Both the position numbers and the translations under genes were made by a program. The notes below the pieces were generated by a model, which ran no database searches, was not told the DNA's origin, and worked only from the letters and a program-made list of their open reading frames with translations. From Botryllus schlosseri (Eukaryota): DNA of 64,000 nucleotides. Below, one piece after another: positions 52,211 to 64,000 of the stretch (the first letter of the stretch is position 1; each line of letters begins with the position of its first letter). Location: contig CM119373.1 of NCBI GenBank assembly GCA_051294905.1, positions 2,792,001-2,856,000 on the forward strand, given 5' to 3'.

Positions 52211-54546
52211 CAGGGCTTTTGAGCCGGAGCCAGGGCCCGGAGCCGGAGCCCCGGAGCCGTGCATTTTGACCGGAGCTGGAGCCGGAGCCGTAGCTCTACA
52301 TAAAATTCAGCAGGAGCCGGAGCTGGAGCTAGTTATTTGAGGGGTAGCTCCAGCTCCGACTTATTTCATAAGATGCTATTATATATGTAACTAACCATCT
52401 GCTGAGTTCACATAATTCAACAGCAGGCCTTCGCGAAATTAAGAATCTTTTCCTCTTTGGCGCTACCTTTTCCGACTAACCATGTTCCTGGGGATTTAGC
52501 AGCAGAGCAGTCATATGTTATTGTTCAAATTTCATACATGAGTGCCGAACCTTGGTATGCTGGATATGCCTGTGAATATTGTGGATATTCGGCATACCCA
52601 CATTTCATCATCAGCATAATTTTGTTGGCCAATTGCACGGTTAGAAAATAATGATCACTATGTATTACACGAAATGGGAGAGAGGTTAAAAACGTCATAT
52701 CGTTGCACTAGTCGATATGATGATCACGAGCCTAGAAATTCCATCTCATCGTTGCTATGAATCGGATGAGCAAATACTCGTTCTTTCGTGATAGTTCTTT
52801 AATCGGGCCGCGAAATTGGACAGTGTTATTGAGTATGCAATTATGCATGCGAATTGGAATTCATTACTGCGCATGATCGTCATTCACTACAGTAAGGATT
52901 TTCGAGCGTGAATAGGGGATGGCAGAACAGTAGCCTAAAGCGCCATTACACTCAGCGAATAATTGTCGCGGTGCGAGCTACTCAATGCGATGTCAGGACC
53001 CCATGGTATTTTATGCTGGAGACAAATTACTGTTTTGATACGCGATTTCCAATTTTCAATCATCTGTTTCGCAAATTCCTTCTTGATGTCTGCTTGATAG
53101 GCTACTCCAGTATTCCCAGATTATCGCGCACTGTGACTTGTAAATGTACAATGTGCATACTGCATAGTTTAATTCGTTATGAGCATCGCGCAATGTGCAT
53201 GGCACAGTGTTTAATTCGATTATTCGATTCGTTTCATCGGGAAAATATTATATTCCGATAAACTTGATCAACACCGGATGGACTGGTAACGAGTGCACCA
53301 ATATCGAACGTCAAACCATTGGCCATTTGGTACAAATCGAATTACTATTGATCAGGTCGTGATGTCCGCCCATATTGCTCTTACTACCGTTACAATTGCA
53401 TAGTAATCGCTCATATTTAAAGATCGAATTGAGCTGTATGGCTTAATGTCAACGAGTACAGTGCCAGTGTTAAAACGCCGCGTCAGAATTTTCATACTGT
53501 ACACAGCAATGGCATGGAGTTAAGTGCGTTCTAGCTAGTGCAACTATGATGTTATCCAGAATTGACAAGTATTCATTATGCCTCCACAAGCCGACACGGC
53601 GGCACCTATGTCTTCGTTGCTGCACCCGATGTTACTGACGGCTGACAGACTCAAGATTACTACAGATAACTAACCTACGGGGAAATAAGTAATCTATATA
53701 GACCAGGGATGGCCAACCTTTTCGACTAAAGGGGCACATGCAATTGACGAACTAATGCGCGGTCCACTGGCTGCGCCAAGCGGGTAAAATTTTCAAAGTT
53801 TATAAATGAACTAGGTCAATAATATTATTACTTGAGTATATTGCGGGTCTATTTTAACACCCGCTGCGCTCAGTTTGCAAGGACAGGACTATTCGGCATC
53901 TGGACATATCGATATCGAAGTTTCCGCTATAATATACGACAATCATTTTGTGCCTACATTTCATCGTCGACGATCTTTCTGCGAGCGCAAACACGAAAAT
54001 ACTTTTTCACGTAATTGCGAATATAGTTAGACTCAATAGGCTAAATCAGGCGTTTTTCATTTTCAGGAGGGGGTAGGCTACAAAGCAAGAAATCGAGTGA
54101 CAATTAAACACGCAAAGCGCGAAGAAAAATATTACTACTCTTTTAGATAATTGTAATGTACGACGATTTACTAAAAATGTGACTGGACCCTGGATCTGCT
54201 AATGCGTCGGAACTGATATTTCAGTCATCAATATTCCAAGTGTCGCGGCCAGACTAATCATATTTTGGTTGGCATTGCAAGTTCACAATCTGAGCAATTC
54301 AATTTCTATAATATAACAGGATTTCGATAATATAATGGGAAATTAACTCAAAACCTTTTGGCGGGTTGCCACCCTTGAAAGACAGACACATTCGACAGTT
54401 TCAGAGCCGGAGCCCGAGCTGGAGCCGGAGCAGTGGTAATAATGGGCCTCCGGAGCTGGAGCCGGAGCTAGTGTATGCTAGAAGAAAGCTCCGGAGCCGG
54501 AGCCGGAGCTGGAGCAATGCAAATTTACGACTGCTCCAAAGCCCTG
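52211..54546. mobile_element. Large hAT-type non-autonomous element with (GGAGCC)n subterminal repeats
   Basis: TIRs CAGGGCTTT/AAAGCCCTG and 8-bp TSD GTACTCAT. Confidence 0.9.
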
Positions 54547-54759
54547 GTACTCATATTAAAGTCAAGACACGTAGGGCGAAATTAACTCACGCGCAGCGCG
54601 ACGAAATATTTATAGTTTAATGACTCTAAACAAAAATAATCTATCAATTTATATTTATTCACGAAATAATTTCAGCTCGCCTTCTAATGAGGGGATTTGG
54701 GGTTCGACTCAGTTCCACTAGCCTTAGATTCACGTCATCGCAGGATTCTTTCCTATAAC

Positions 54760-55157
54760 TAGAGTTGCATTTAAAACAAACATGTTTAAAACAAGGCCTT
54801 TTTTAAAACATGTTTTCTATTGTTTTTTTTAAAGCCTCGACGTCACGAATTTCAAGTGTGACGTCATAGTGGATTGACATTGACAATTAAAAATATAGCG
54901 TAGACTAGCTCCTTTGACGAAATATCTGTATGTTGAACCGACTAATTTGAGGGCTCTAACCATCCCAAATCGATCTACGGATGGTATTGCCTGTAGGCTC
55001 ATACATCATTATCTATGGAAAGTATTTACACAATTATGGCATAATTTTACAACTTGAAAAAAACGACTTTTTTAAAAAGCCTTTTTTTAAAAACACTGTA
55101 TAAAATATGTTTTAAACAAAGTGTTTTAAAACACCGTTTGTTTCAAATGCAACTCTA
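54760..55157. mobile_element. hAT-type MITE
   Basis: TIRs TAGAGTTGCATTT/AAATGCAACTCTA and 8-bp TSD CCTATAAC. A related fragment is at ~35167-35370. Confidence 0.9.
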
Positions 55158-55169
55158 CCTATAACCAAC

Positions 55170-55329
55170 CTGAAGAGATCGCCACTCCTAACTGCCACCG
55201 ATGCAAGACGCGCAGTCGAGTCGATATTTGAGCAGGTGGATGTCTGAACATCGTACGTTGCCAAAGAATTGATGTATTTGTATTCATGTCCATTCGAGTA
55301 ACGATACCACCCGTCAGCCGTGAACCCAA
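55170..55329 (-). CDS. Exon: N-terminal half of the C-type lectin domain
   Basis: A 160-nt phase 1-2 exon bounded by AG/GT: GFTADGWYRYSNGHEYKYINSLATYDVQTSTCSNIDSTARLASVAVRSGDLF (GW..Y..C...arLAS pattern). Confidence 0.85.
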
Positions 55330-56317
55330 CTGCAAGGGGCAATGTTTTGTAGGCCAGTTTCATAAAGTAATTGCATTTCAAGAACAGAATGATCTATCAA
55401 AAAATGTTAGCCTTCATTTGCTCAACCTCAATTTCACTCTGATATGTTTTCCTGATGAAATGATGTGTCGGATGAAAGGAAGTACTTAACTTAACTTTGT
55501 AGACTGAAAAGTACTTTCATTTAGGGATTTTTTAAAGAATAAATTAGCATTGTAATACTTTTTCATCGTGTTTACGAATGAAGTTTTCATTATATGTCCA
55601 CGGACCGTGTGCAATAGCTCCTGCGTCACTTTAATTGAGTATGTTTCCTAAAATTGCACTAATTTATTGTGGCATTGATCGTTCTGCATTAGTCGTGAAC
55701 CAGACATGAAGCACTTCGTCAGCTCCCCAAAAACGTATTTCTGTGACCCAGTTAGGGTTATCAACCAAACTGCTGGAGGCCCTCGTAAGTCATCAGCAGC
55801 GCAAACCACGAGCATTGTCGCCCAAGCAATTTGGCACTAAGGTTGTTCAAAAAAATTGAAATTTTGCGACTATTTTATAAAAATGTAATGTTGCCTCAAA
55901 AAACGTTGCACGCAAGATTAGACTCAATTGCAACTAGTAGATGTGAAGCTATAGGAGTTTGGAAATTTTTAATGCCATTATTCAGACACGTTCCGTTATG
56001 TTGATCAATATTCGGGTGCTGATCACAGTAATTTACTATACAGAAACAAAGCGACGTGGCTAAGGAATTAGAATTAAGGCTGGGAAAATGGTTCGAGTAC
56101 TGGAATCTCACACGAGTATTAATTCTAATGATTCGAGTTGAGTTGTGAGAGATGATTCTTTCATGCAATGAAAAATACCCTTCTACCACTAAAAAGTGAA
56201 TTAATCAACCAGAATTACAATTTCGATACTATTTGCCAATGTGCAAGCCTTGAAACCGCAGTTGCTAGTAGCGCAGGATATGAAACATGTCGAACCAACC
56301 TACTACACACGTTAGAG

Positions 56318-57477
56318 CGGGGGTGGGCAATCTACGGCCCGCTGGCCGTATGCAACCCGCAACACCTTTTTGTATGGCCAGCGAGAGGCTCCAGAGACGG
56401 ATTTAAAATTGGTAAAATGCGTACCAAAATTTTTATTACTGCAGGGACTCGATTAAACTTTTTCTTGTTATTCTTCACCACAATAATCATATGTTATATT
56501 CGTACTAACTATTGCATATTTATATTTCATTGCTGGCGCGATAGTCCGACCTCAAGGCCCACGCATTTTAAAAGGTATCAGCACAGTAGTTATTATTAAT
56601 ATTATTATTTATTGGAAGAAGAAAAGGAGTGTCGCCTATCACCGTTAGGTCTTGTGCGCCACGACAGTACTCAATTTTAATGTATAGCAGCAATTCAAAT
56701 ATATCGATTACAGCTCAGCACATATTCTACCACGTATTTCAAAATGCTTGGATTCGGTAGTAAGTTGACGAGGCGAAATGGGATATTTATACAAACACAC
56801 ACGACGCAGGAACGTTCTATGAAATTCATGCGAGGGGCAGTTCATTATAACGTGCTCAACCGTCTCAGGTTCATTGCAGGAGCTACAATGCGATGAAGGC
56901 GCGATTCCAATCTTAAACAAGTGTGCGTTCAGTAGTTAAAACGGGAATGACTTCGGGATCACGAGTGTAATTTTATATTGGCCACTTCAGCATATTTGTG
57001 ACTTTTGGTGCTGTAGCCTACTTGGAAAAATCACGAGCGTGTTCTGTATGTGCACAAATATTAAAAAATCTATATGTTTTAATGGGAGCGTATTTGAAGC
57101 TAGCATGGTTGTGACGCTGTCAGCATTGTGTGTCCTCGAGCTGAAACAAAAGTAGAATCAGCAAATCTATAAACAGATCACTGCTTACAGACTCAACTCT
57201 CCACCCTGTTCAAGAATCGGGACAACAGACTTTTGTCCCTAGTTCGGAAAATTGGTTATTGAGTTTGACAATCTTATGAAATCGGACGCGTGTACGATAT
57301 CATCAAATCAATGTTTTGTTTGTTTTAAATCAGCATATATATTATTGCCATATCCTCACTATATGATCAAATACCAATATTGCGTTTCGGTTTATAATTC
57401 CGTTTTATATATTGCGGCCCTCAAATAGATTAAGATGTTGAATGCGGCCGGCGAGCTAAAAATTTTGCCCACCCCTG
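56318..57477. mobile_element. hAT-type MITE containing a LINE 3' fragment
   Basis: TIRs CGGGGGTGGGCAA/TTGCCCACCCCTG. Confidence 0.75.
56590..56935 (-). mobile_element. Non-LTR retrotransposon 3' fragment with a C-terminal CCHC knuckle and (TAA)n-like tail
   Basis: LNAHLFKIGIAPSSHCSSCNEPETVEHVIMNCP, with an AAT-rich tail at ~56590-56612. Confidence 0.75.
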
Positions 57478-57731
57478 TGTCGGAGGAAATGTCATATCTA
57501 CGAATCGCGATCAACCCACATAATTATGACAAAGTGCAACGAAATGGGTTTGATCCTAAAATAACAAATTATCCTTAATCTGATGTAGAACTGGCATTGT
57601 ATTCTTTGTGGTCACTTTCCACATCGTTCATACTGTTTTGACGTGCTCGTGAGAGACACTCAAATGCTAGACTCGACTTGAAGTCTAATACTCGAATCGG
57701 ATTCGTTCCTAATTGGAAGCAATATACTTAC

Positions 57732-58646
57732 GGCTGCAGGTTTTCCCGTAATTTCCGTCGGTGCAATCACACGTATAGTACGGATGAGTGTCATTATTCA
57801 GACATGTTCCGTTATGTTGACAAACATTCGTATGGTGTTCACAATATCTCTCTGCATTGAAACGAAGCGATAACTGGTTCAAACCTACTCACGTTATAGA
57901 CACAAACAAGTATTGTGGGAATGAGCTTGTCTTCTTCTGGACATCACATAGCTCAAGAATTAGGAGCGATGTACTTACGGCTGCAGTTTCTTCCATAATA
58001 TCCGTCGGTGCAATTACACGTATGATACGGTTCAGTGTCATTCTTTAGACATGTCCCGTTATGTTGACAAACATTGGGGTGGTGTTCACAAAAATTTTCT
58101 ATATAGAAACGAAGCGATGTGTCAGTCGTACTGGATTTATACACAACCAAATGTTGTGGCGGTGAGCGAGTCAATTTCTGAACAAGTCTGCTCAAGTTAT
58201 ATACGAGCACATGTTGTGGCAGTGTCCCAATCATTTCGTCGACATAACTCAAGAATTAGAAACGATATAATTACTACTGAAGTTTTTTCCATAATATCCG
58301 TCAGTGCAATTGCACGTATAGTACGGATGAGTGTCATTATTCAGACATGTTCCGTCATATTGACAAACATTCGTATGGTGTTCACAATATCTCTCTGCAT
58401 TGAAACGAAGCGATAACTGGTTCAAACCTACTCACATTATAGACACAAACAAGTATTGTGGGAATGAGCTTGTCTTCTTCTGGACATCACATAGGCTAGC
58501 TCAAGAAGTATAAGCGATATACTCACGGCTGCAGTTGCTTCCATAATATCCGTCGGTGCAATTGCACGTATAGAACGGTTTATTGTCATTATTCAGACAT
58601 GTTCCGTCATGTTGACAGGGATTCAGGTGATGATTGCAGTAGTCGC
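57732..58646 (-). CDS. Four 120-nt EGF-domain exons of EGF/C-type lectin gene copy 2
   Basis: Exons 58646-58527, 58394-58275 (last Cys changed to Phe), 58098-57979 and 57851-57732 are all phase 1-1 with AG/GT. A truncated fifth unit lies at ~55975-56040. Confidence 0.85.
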
Positions 58647-59090
58647 CTGTATTGACAAGCAGCGACATCATGTTAAAGTTCCTGATGTGAGGTAGATGCA
58701 GCGATTTTAGGAACAGAATTTGAATATGGCGCCATTACGAATATATATTCTTATCCTTTCTATATCTATGAGTATTTGTGAACATGCCTTTTCCTGGTAT
58801 AATAAGACGAATAAAACTGAATGGTCCACTGTTCATCAACTTCATAATTTGCCAATAGGTCTGTTGGCCAGAATAAAGTGATTGCCCCATCGGTTAACAA
58901 CCTCGCCTTGAATTAGTTTATACCTTGGTGGGTTTGTTGGTCGATTGGTCGGTCGGCTGGCTAATTAGCAAGAGCTGGCAGCGTCGCAGACAATTTATAT
59001 TCATGCCCCGAACCATATATGGAACGCATGATATGGGCCCATGTCATCCGATCTCGGTGTATCCGTACCATTAGTGTATTATATACTTAC

Positions 59091-59967
59091 CTGAGAAGTC
59101 ATGGGCGGAATATATGGTCGTTTCAATTTTACAACCGCCCTCAACACAATTCGAAAATAATTGTTGGAGCTTCGCCATGTTACTCGGACCTGCGAACGTA
59201 CAAGATTTAATCATGCGATATCGCAAGGAGCGTAGAGTTTCGGGAAGTGTCACATTCGCCTGTTTGGTATTATAGTAAAAATGCTAGTGCCCTGCGAAGG
59301 TATTGTAACGATCCTCGCCATTGTTATTGTTACAGCAGAAACAGGTGACAAAGTAAGGGCCACCCATACAATAAGAATAATATTATATTAAATTACCTGA
59401 AGAGTTCTAATATCAATGATGACGACTTATTAACCATTTCATTGTAATTGTAATATTTTTTCATGTCAATGCATATATAAGCCCACATCTGATATGAGGC
59501 ATATTAACTCAACCTCATTTCGTACTAATTTAATTTCAAGGATAGAATCAACCATTTGGAACTCACCGAACATGTTTTCCTGAAATATGGAAGAATGGAA
59601 TTAAGTGGTAGTTAAGCTTTCAACATATATATACAACTTCACGTTACTCACAGACTAAATATAAACGCATATAACAATACGGGTCTAATTATTGAAACCA
59701 TCCACTATTCAGACCGTTATTGAATTGTATTCGTCACCCTTAATTTAGCGGGTAACCAAGTTCGAACTGGCCTGGTGCAGATTTGCATCGATTAGGCGGA
59801 TATTAATGGCAATGAAATTGAAAAAAGTATTATCAAAATCAGTGATTCCTAAATTTACTTCGATTGTTCGACGACTCAACATATGGAATTATGCTATTAT
59901 TTCCATAAAACCTGACATACCATCATGGACAGTTCCACTTCCTTTTCGGGTGCACAATGGGACGCCC
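59091..59967 (-). CDS. Upstream exons of gene copy 2 (47 nt, 13 nt, 99 nt)
   Basis: Exons are 59967-59921 (ASHCAPEKEVELSMM), 59579-59567 (ENMF-G) and 59189-59091 (PSNMAKLQQLFSNCVEGGCKIETTIYSAHDFS). Lengths, splice sites and frame are conserved with copy 1, and the phases chain into the EGF exons. Confidence 0.65.
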
Positions 59968-60264
59968 CTGAAAAGGAATGAGTAATCTTTAAATGAGTCC
60001 TTAAAAGAAAATACCGTTAATATTCAATTCGGTTAATCTTTACGCTACCGCTAGATGGTGTAGACATACCACTATATGTTGCAGATAATTGCCCCGATTA
60101 TTCGAGTGCTTCGGGTTTTAGAATAATCCCTGCCTGTAGAATCAACCGAAATTGAAGCAAACGCAGCTCATAGTTTTCATTTATTTAGACAGGTTGTTCT
60201 TTCCCTTTGCTAACTTGGCGAACACTGCAAACCTTCGGCAAACCCCATATATTCGCCTAATCAC

Positions 60265-61215
60265 CAGTGTTGGGATGACTCGAGTCATGACTTGACTCGA
60301 GTCAGACTCGAGTCACCTTTTTCGTATGACTTGACTTGACTCGAGTCACTTTGCTAAAATGACTTGACTTGACTTGACTCGGCGTATCAGAAATGTGGAT
60401 TGACTCGTGACTCGGAGCAAAATTCACGAGTCAATTTCAAGTCATCAAGTAATCGGTGTCGATAAAAATCACTGTGTCATCTATATGTTCGGATTGTTCG
60501 CGAAACGCTGATGTAACCCGTGAGAGCGACTATCGGTAATCATTCAATGATGGTGTGTTTTACAGAGCCAAATTGACCACAAACAAAGTGATCGAAACTT
60601 ACAGCTAACGTTGTCGTAAACTAGTAATATAGTAATTTAATAGCAAAACATCCATTTCTGTTCTTTGTTCTTACCTTAGCCAAACCTCTTGTTCTATTGA
60701 AATTGAATTCGAATATAGTTTATTAACTCCTCAACCATTGGCGCAGGCTCGAATTGTATCATATCGATATGTAAATGGGTAATGTATTTCATCTTATCAA
60801 TCAGTTTTTCAGCTGGTAACTATAAACTGAGGCTATGCAATTTCTTACTTTGTTTAACAGTTCTACGTAGGCTACATGTAAGCAGTACAGGGCCGTCTTG
60901 CGCGTATATTTAGCTCTATATTCGTTCATAGGTTCAGAATCAATGACCACATAATCTGTATTTCAGACAGCTAGCTAAATGCAATGACGTAATCATGCCT
61001 CATACTTCGAAAAGGCAACTTGACTTGAATTGTGACTTGACTCGTGACTTGACTTGACTTGACTCGACTTGACTCGAGTCACCTCCAAAAAATGAGTGAC
61101 TTGACTTGACTCGAGTCACCTTCGTAAATCGATTGACTTGAATTGACTCGAGTCAAAATGTGCAATGACTCGAAATGACTCGTGACTCGAAGGTGGTGAC
61201 TTGATCCCAACACTG
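60265..61215. mobile_element. hAT-type MITE, inverted copy of 4604-5553
   Basis: TIRs CAGTGTTGGGAT and 8-bp TSD CTAATCAC. The paralogous site at ~15075 is empty. Confidence 0.9.
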
Positions 61216-61440
61216 CTAATCACAAAACTCAATCGCATCACACATCTAATAAATTACTATGTACTATTTTAGGGATCAAAATTAGCTGCGCATCAACAAC
61301 AGTGGTGAATAAACAAAGCAATTCAAACATGTTTTTTGCACACCAAAAAAAAACATTAGAATGAATATCAATTGAAATTCGGCGTGCCTTCTGTTGTATG
61401 ACTCTGAAGTATGTTTTGACCTCAAGCGAACTCCTATAGG

Positions 61441-62794
61441 CAGGCCGTGTTATTATTGGCATATGCCAAAACTGCCAAAAATAACTTATTTTTGTCATTT
61501 TTCGATTTTAATTTTTGGCAGTTTTGGCATCGTCCTCTAAATAGATAGTTTCAGCCTCGAATTAGTCACAAAAACGCTTTATTTGGGCTAGTTTGTCAAG
61601 ACACACCACAAAATGTGCAGCATCCACGTATAATCAGTACCAACGAACAATAAGAAGAAGAAAAAACCTGACGATTTCATAGGTTAATAATATCAAACAA
61701 AGCCACAAAATGTGCAGTATCCATTGGAATCGGTGCCAACGAGCAAAAAAAAGAAAAGCCTAACAAACACGCTCAACAGCTGATTGTTACAGCTGTTGAA
61801 TAGACTTAAATCGTTTGCACTGTAACAGTGCTTCCAAACTCATGTCAGCTAAGTTTCTCCTAAATTCCTTTCTCGCCCAGCGAATCTGGGAAATATCGGC
61901 TTCAACAGTAGCCGTTGAGGGACAGAATGTTGCCAGTCATCCACAAAAGAATTTCAGAGCTTCAAAATCTTTGGAAGGCCGAATCGGCTTCCATGCATCA
62001 TGAAAAGAGATCACTACGCCAGTGCCATCGATCTCATCGCGGAATGAATTTTCTTCCCGATCCTTTTCCAGGAGTTTCCTGTGTTCTCTCTCAACACATT
62101 CTATTTAGTAGCCCGACCATCATTTCTCCTTCAGTCGACCGGTATATTTTCGGAAGACTTTTGTCATTTCAGGTAGCTTTAATATTGCTAACTCGCATGG
62201 AAGAGTCCTGGGAAGGTTAGCTTGTTTGAGAACATTGACGCAACAAGACTGTCTGGCAAAACGAGACTATGCAGCTCAGAAATAGCCAGACAGTTTGTTG
62301 CGTCACCATGTTCAACTCGATCACGATGCAAAAATCGTGGTTGATTTTGGGTATTCCAGTTCCATGAGCAGAATATAATTTATATTTTAATAATCAGTAC
62401 TGCGGCAGCTTCTCATTGATACCCGTTTTATCAAAGTTAGCGCTCGACAAGCCGGTCAAAAATGGTTGTAAAATTGCCTTTGGACAAATGGAAAGTATGA
62501 CATAAACCAAATGCAGTCAGCGGTTCAATCTCGCTGTACCCACACCATTTAGGACACCATGCTTTCACCCCTAATGGGTGGGCTGGACCCAGATTAAGAA
62601 ACCTGCCTTTCATAAACGCTCTTCTCGCTTGTAAAGCGGTCCTGTTAACACAACACCACGAACGAAATGCACTATTTGGCAGGCCGTGTTATTTTTGGCA
62701 TATGCCAAAAATTGCTTATTTTTGGCATTTTCAAATTTTTGTTTTTGGCAGTTTTGGCATCTGGCTCCTGAAATGCCAAAAATAACACGGCCTG
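61441..62794. mobile_element. Non-autonomous hAT-type element
   Basis: TIRs CAGGCCGTGTTATT and a palindromic 8-bp TSD CCTATAGG. The paralogous site at ~15288 is empty. Confidence 0.9.
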
Positions 62795-64000
62795 CCTATA
62801 GGGCTCGCATGAACCCCGGTTGAGAACCAAAAACTTAGTAGTATGATGAGCATTGGTTGGTTTGGATTTTTTCCTGATTTAAATTCTCGGAATCGCCTAA
62901 TAAATATAGTCGCCGTATCATGAACACTGGGAGCAAACACGACATTGTGTCTCTATAGATGTTAAATTGACACGCGCCGCACATGGTCTTTTCGGCACCC
63001 TTTCATCTGTTGATTGCGACATTCTGTGTCTTGATTATCGCATTGTTCGTGTGAATGAAAATAATAGCATCCCTGGTTGCATATTCTTTCCGAAATTGGG
63101 TCTCGATAGAACAGTACCCACTAAATGATTTTGTAAAAATACTGTACCGGGAATTCCAAGCGAGTTCTTCCCGAAAAGCAACAGAATGGACGATATCCAG
63201 TGGGCTAACATCACGGATGTAATTTAATTTCTTGTCGAAAAATAAACAATTTATTGGTTTTAGTTCATTCTGAAAATATCGTACACTTAATATAAACGCA
63301 GTGTAGATTCCTTGTGTTTGTAATTAAGTCCAGCAAAATCGAGTGCTGCTCCCGTGATTTGACTCTTAATCGACTGGTTTGCGTCGAGTCCAGTATTGTA
63401 GTATCGCTTATCATGATGTCATAACAGTATGGAAGACGTGGAAAGCTTTAGCATACGCGACCACAAAGAATGCAATTCCAGTTTTACATCACATTAAAGA
63501 ATATTTGGTAAATTTCAACCATGCCTATTTCATTGCACTTTCTGCAAATGATATGAATTGATCACGAGTTTACAGATATGACATTACCACCAACGTACGT
63601 AACTTTGTACTACTACACTAACTACAGGATTTGTATGCTTCAGTACGACCAATCGAGGTTTCAAGGCTTCCACAGTAGACCTGTACCTCCAGCTCCGAAT
63701 CCTACTATTTCCGCATAGATGTTTTATACACATATGCATATATAGCTACCTACCTTATTCCAAGATATACGATGATTCTCAAAAAACAACGTGCAGCATA
63801 TTCAAGTATTTGAAGTGTTGCGTCTACGGCAAGATATTGCTTAACAAAGCAGTAGTTCTAACTGTGGCATATTTGTATTACGTCTAAGTAGTAGTGTTAA
63901 CTTCCGCGTTGTGATGAATAGCGAGTGCGAATGGTTGCACTAGTGACTTAATGTAAATGACAGTCATTGATGCTGGGCAGCTGGCACAGTTTGAAACTCT

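Larger units (their letters stand above)
58765..64000 (+). repeat. Segmental duplication, copy 2 (homologous to ~12965-18320)
   Basis: See copy 1. It carries two MITE insertions absent from copy 1. Confidence 0.9.

Overview
AT-rich, intron-containing eukaryotic DNA from an invertebrate animal. An ascidian is plausible, but that is inference only. About half of the window is transposon-derived. (1) There are two diverged direct copies, about 46 kb apart, of a minus-strand gene built from tandemly duplicated 120-nt EGF exons. The right copy ends in a C-type lectin domain with an EPN motif; the left copy is damaged by insertions. (2) There are two diverged CACTA/EnSpm-like elements: 35414-41863 (+) and a deleted relative at <1-3848 (-). 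In both, a C2H2-finger/transposase ORF sits inside intron 1 of a spliced SAM-domain gene, and the shared exons have conserved phases. (3) A 5'-truncated Penelope-like retroelement forms a 335-bp-arm palindrome with a minimal hammerhead ribozyme on each strand and a 13-bp TSD. (4) A ~10 kb decayed, gene-dense, virus-like tract starts with AGTAGT plus subterminal tandem repeats. It may be a Polinton/Maverick remnant, but I recognised no hallmark gene. (5) The rest includes a Chapaev3 remnant, LINE and SINE fragments, and many hAT-type MITEs with 8-bp TSDs, often nested. Exon structures and translations were read by hand. Family names come from recalled motifs, not database searches.
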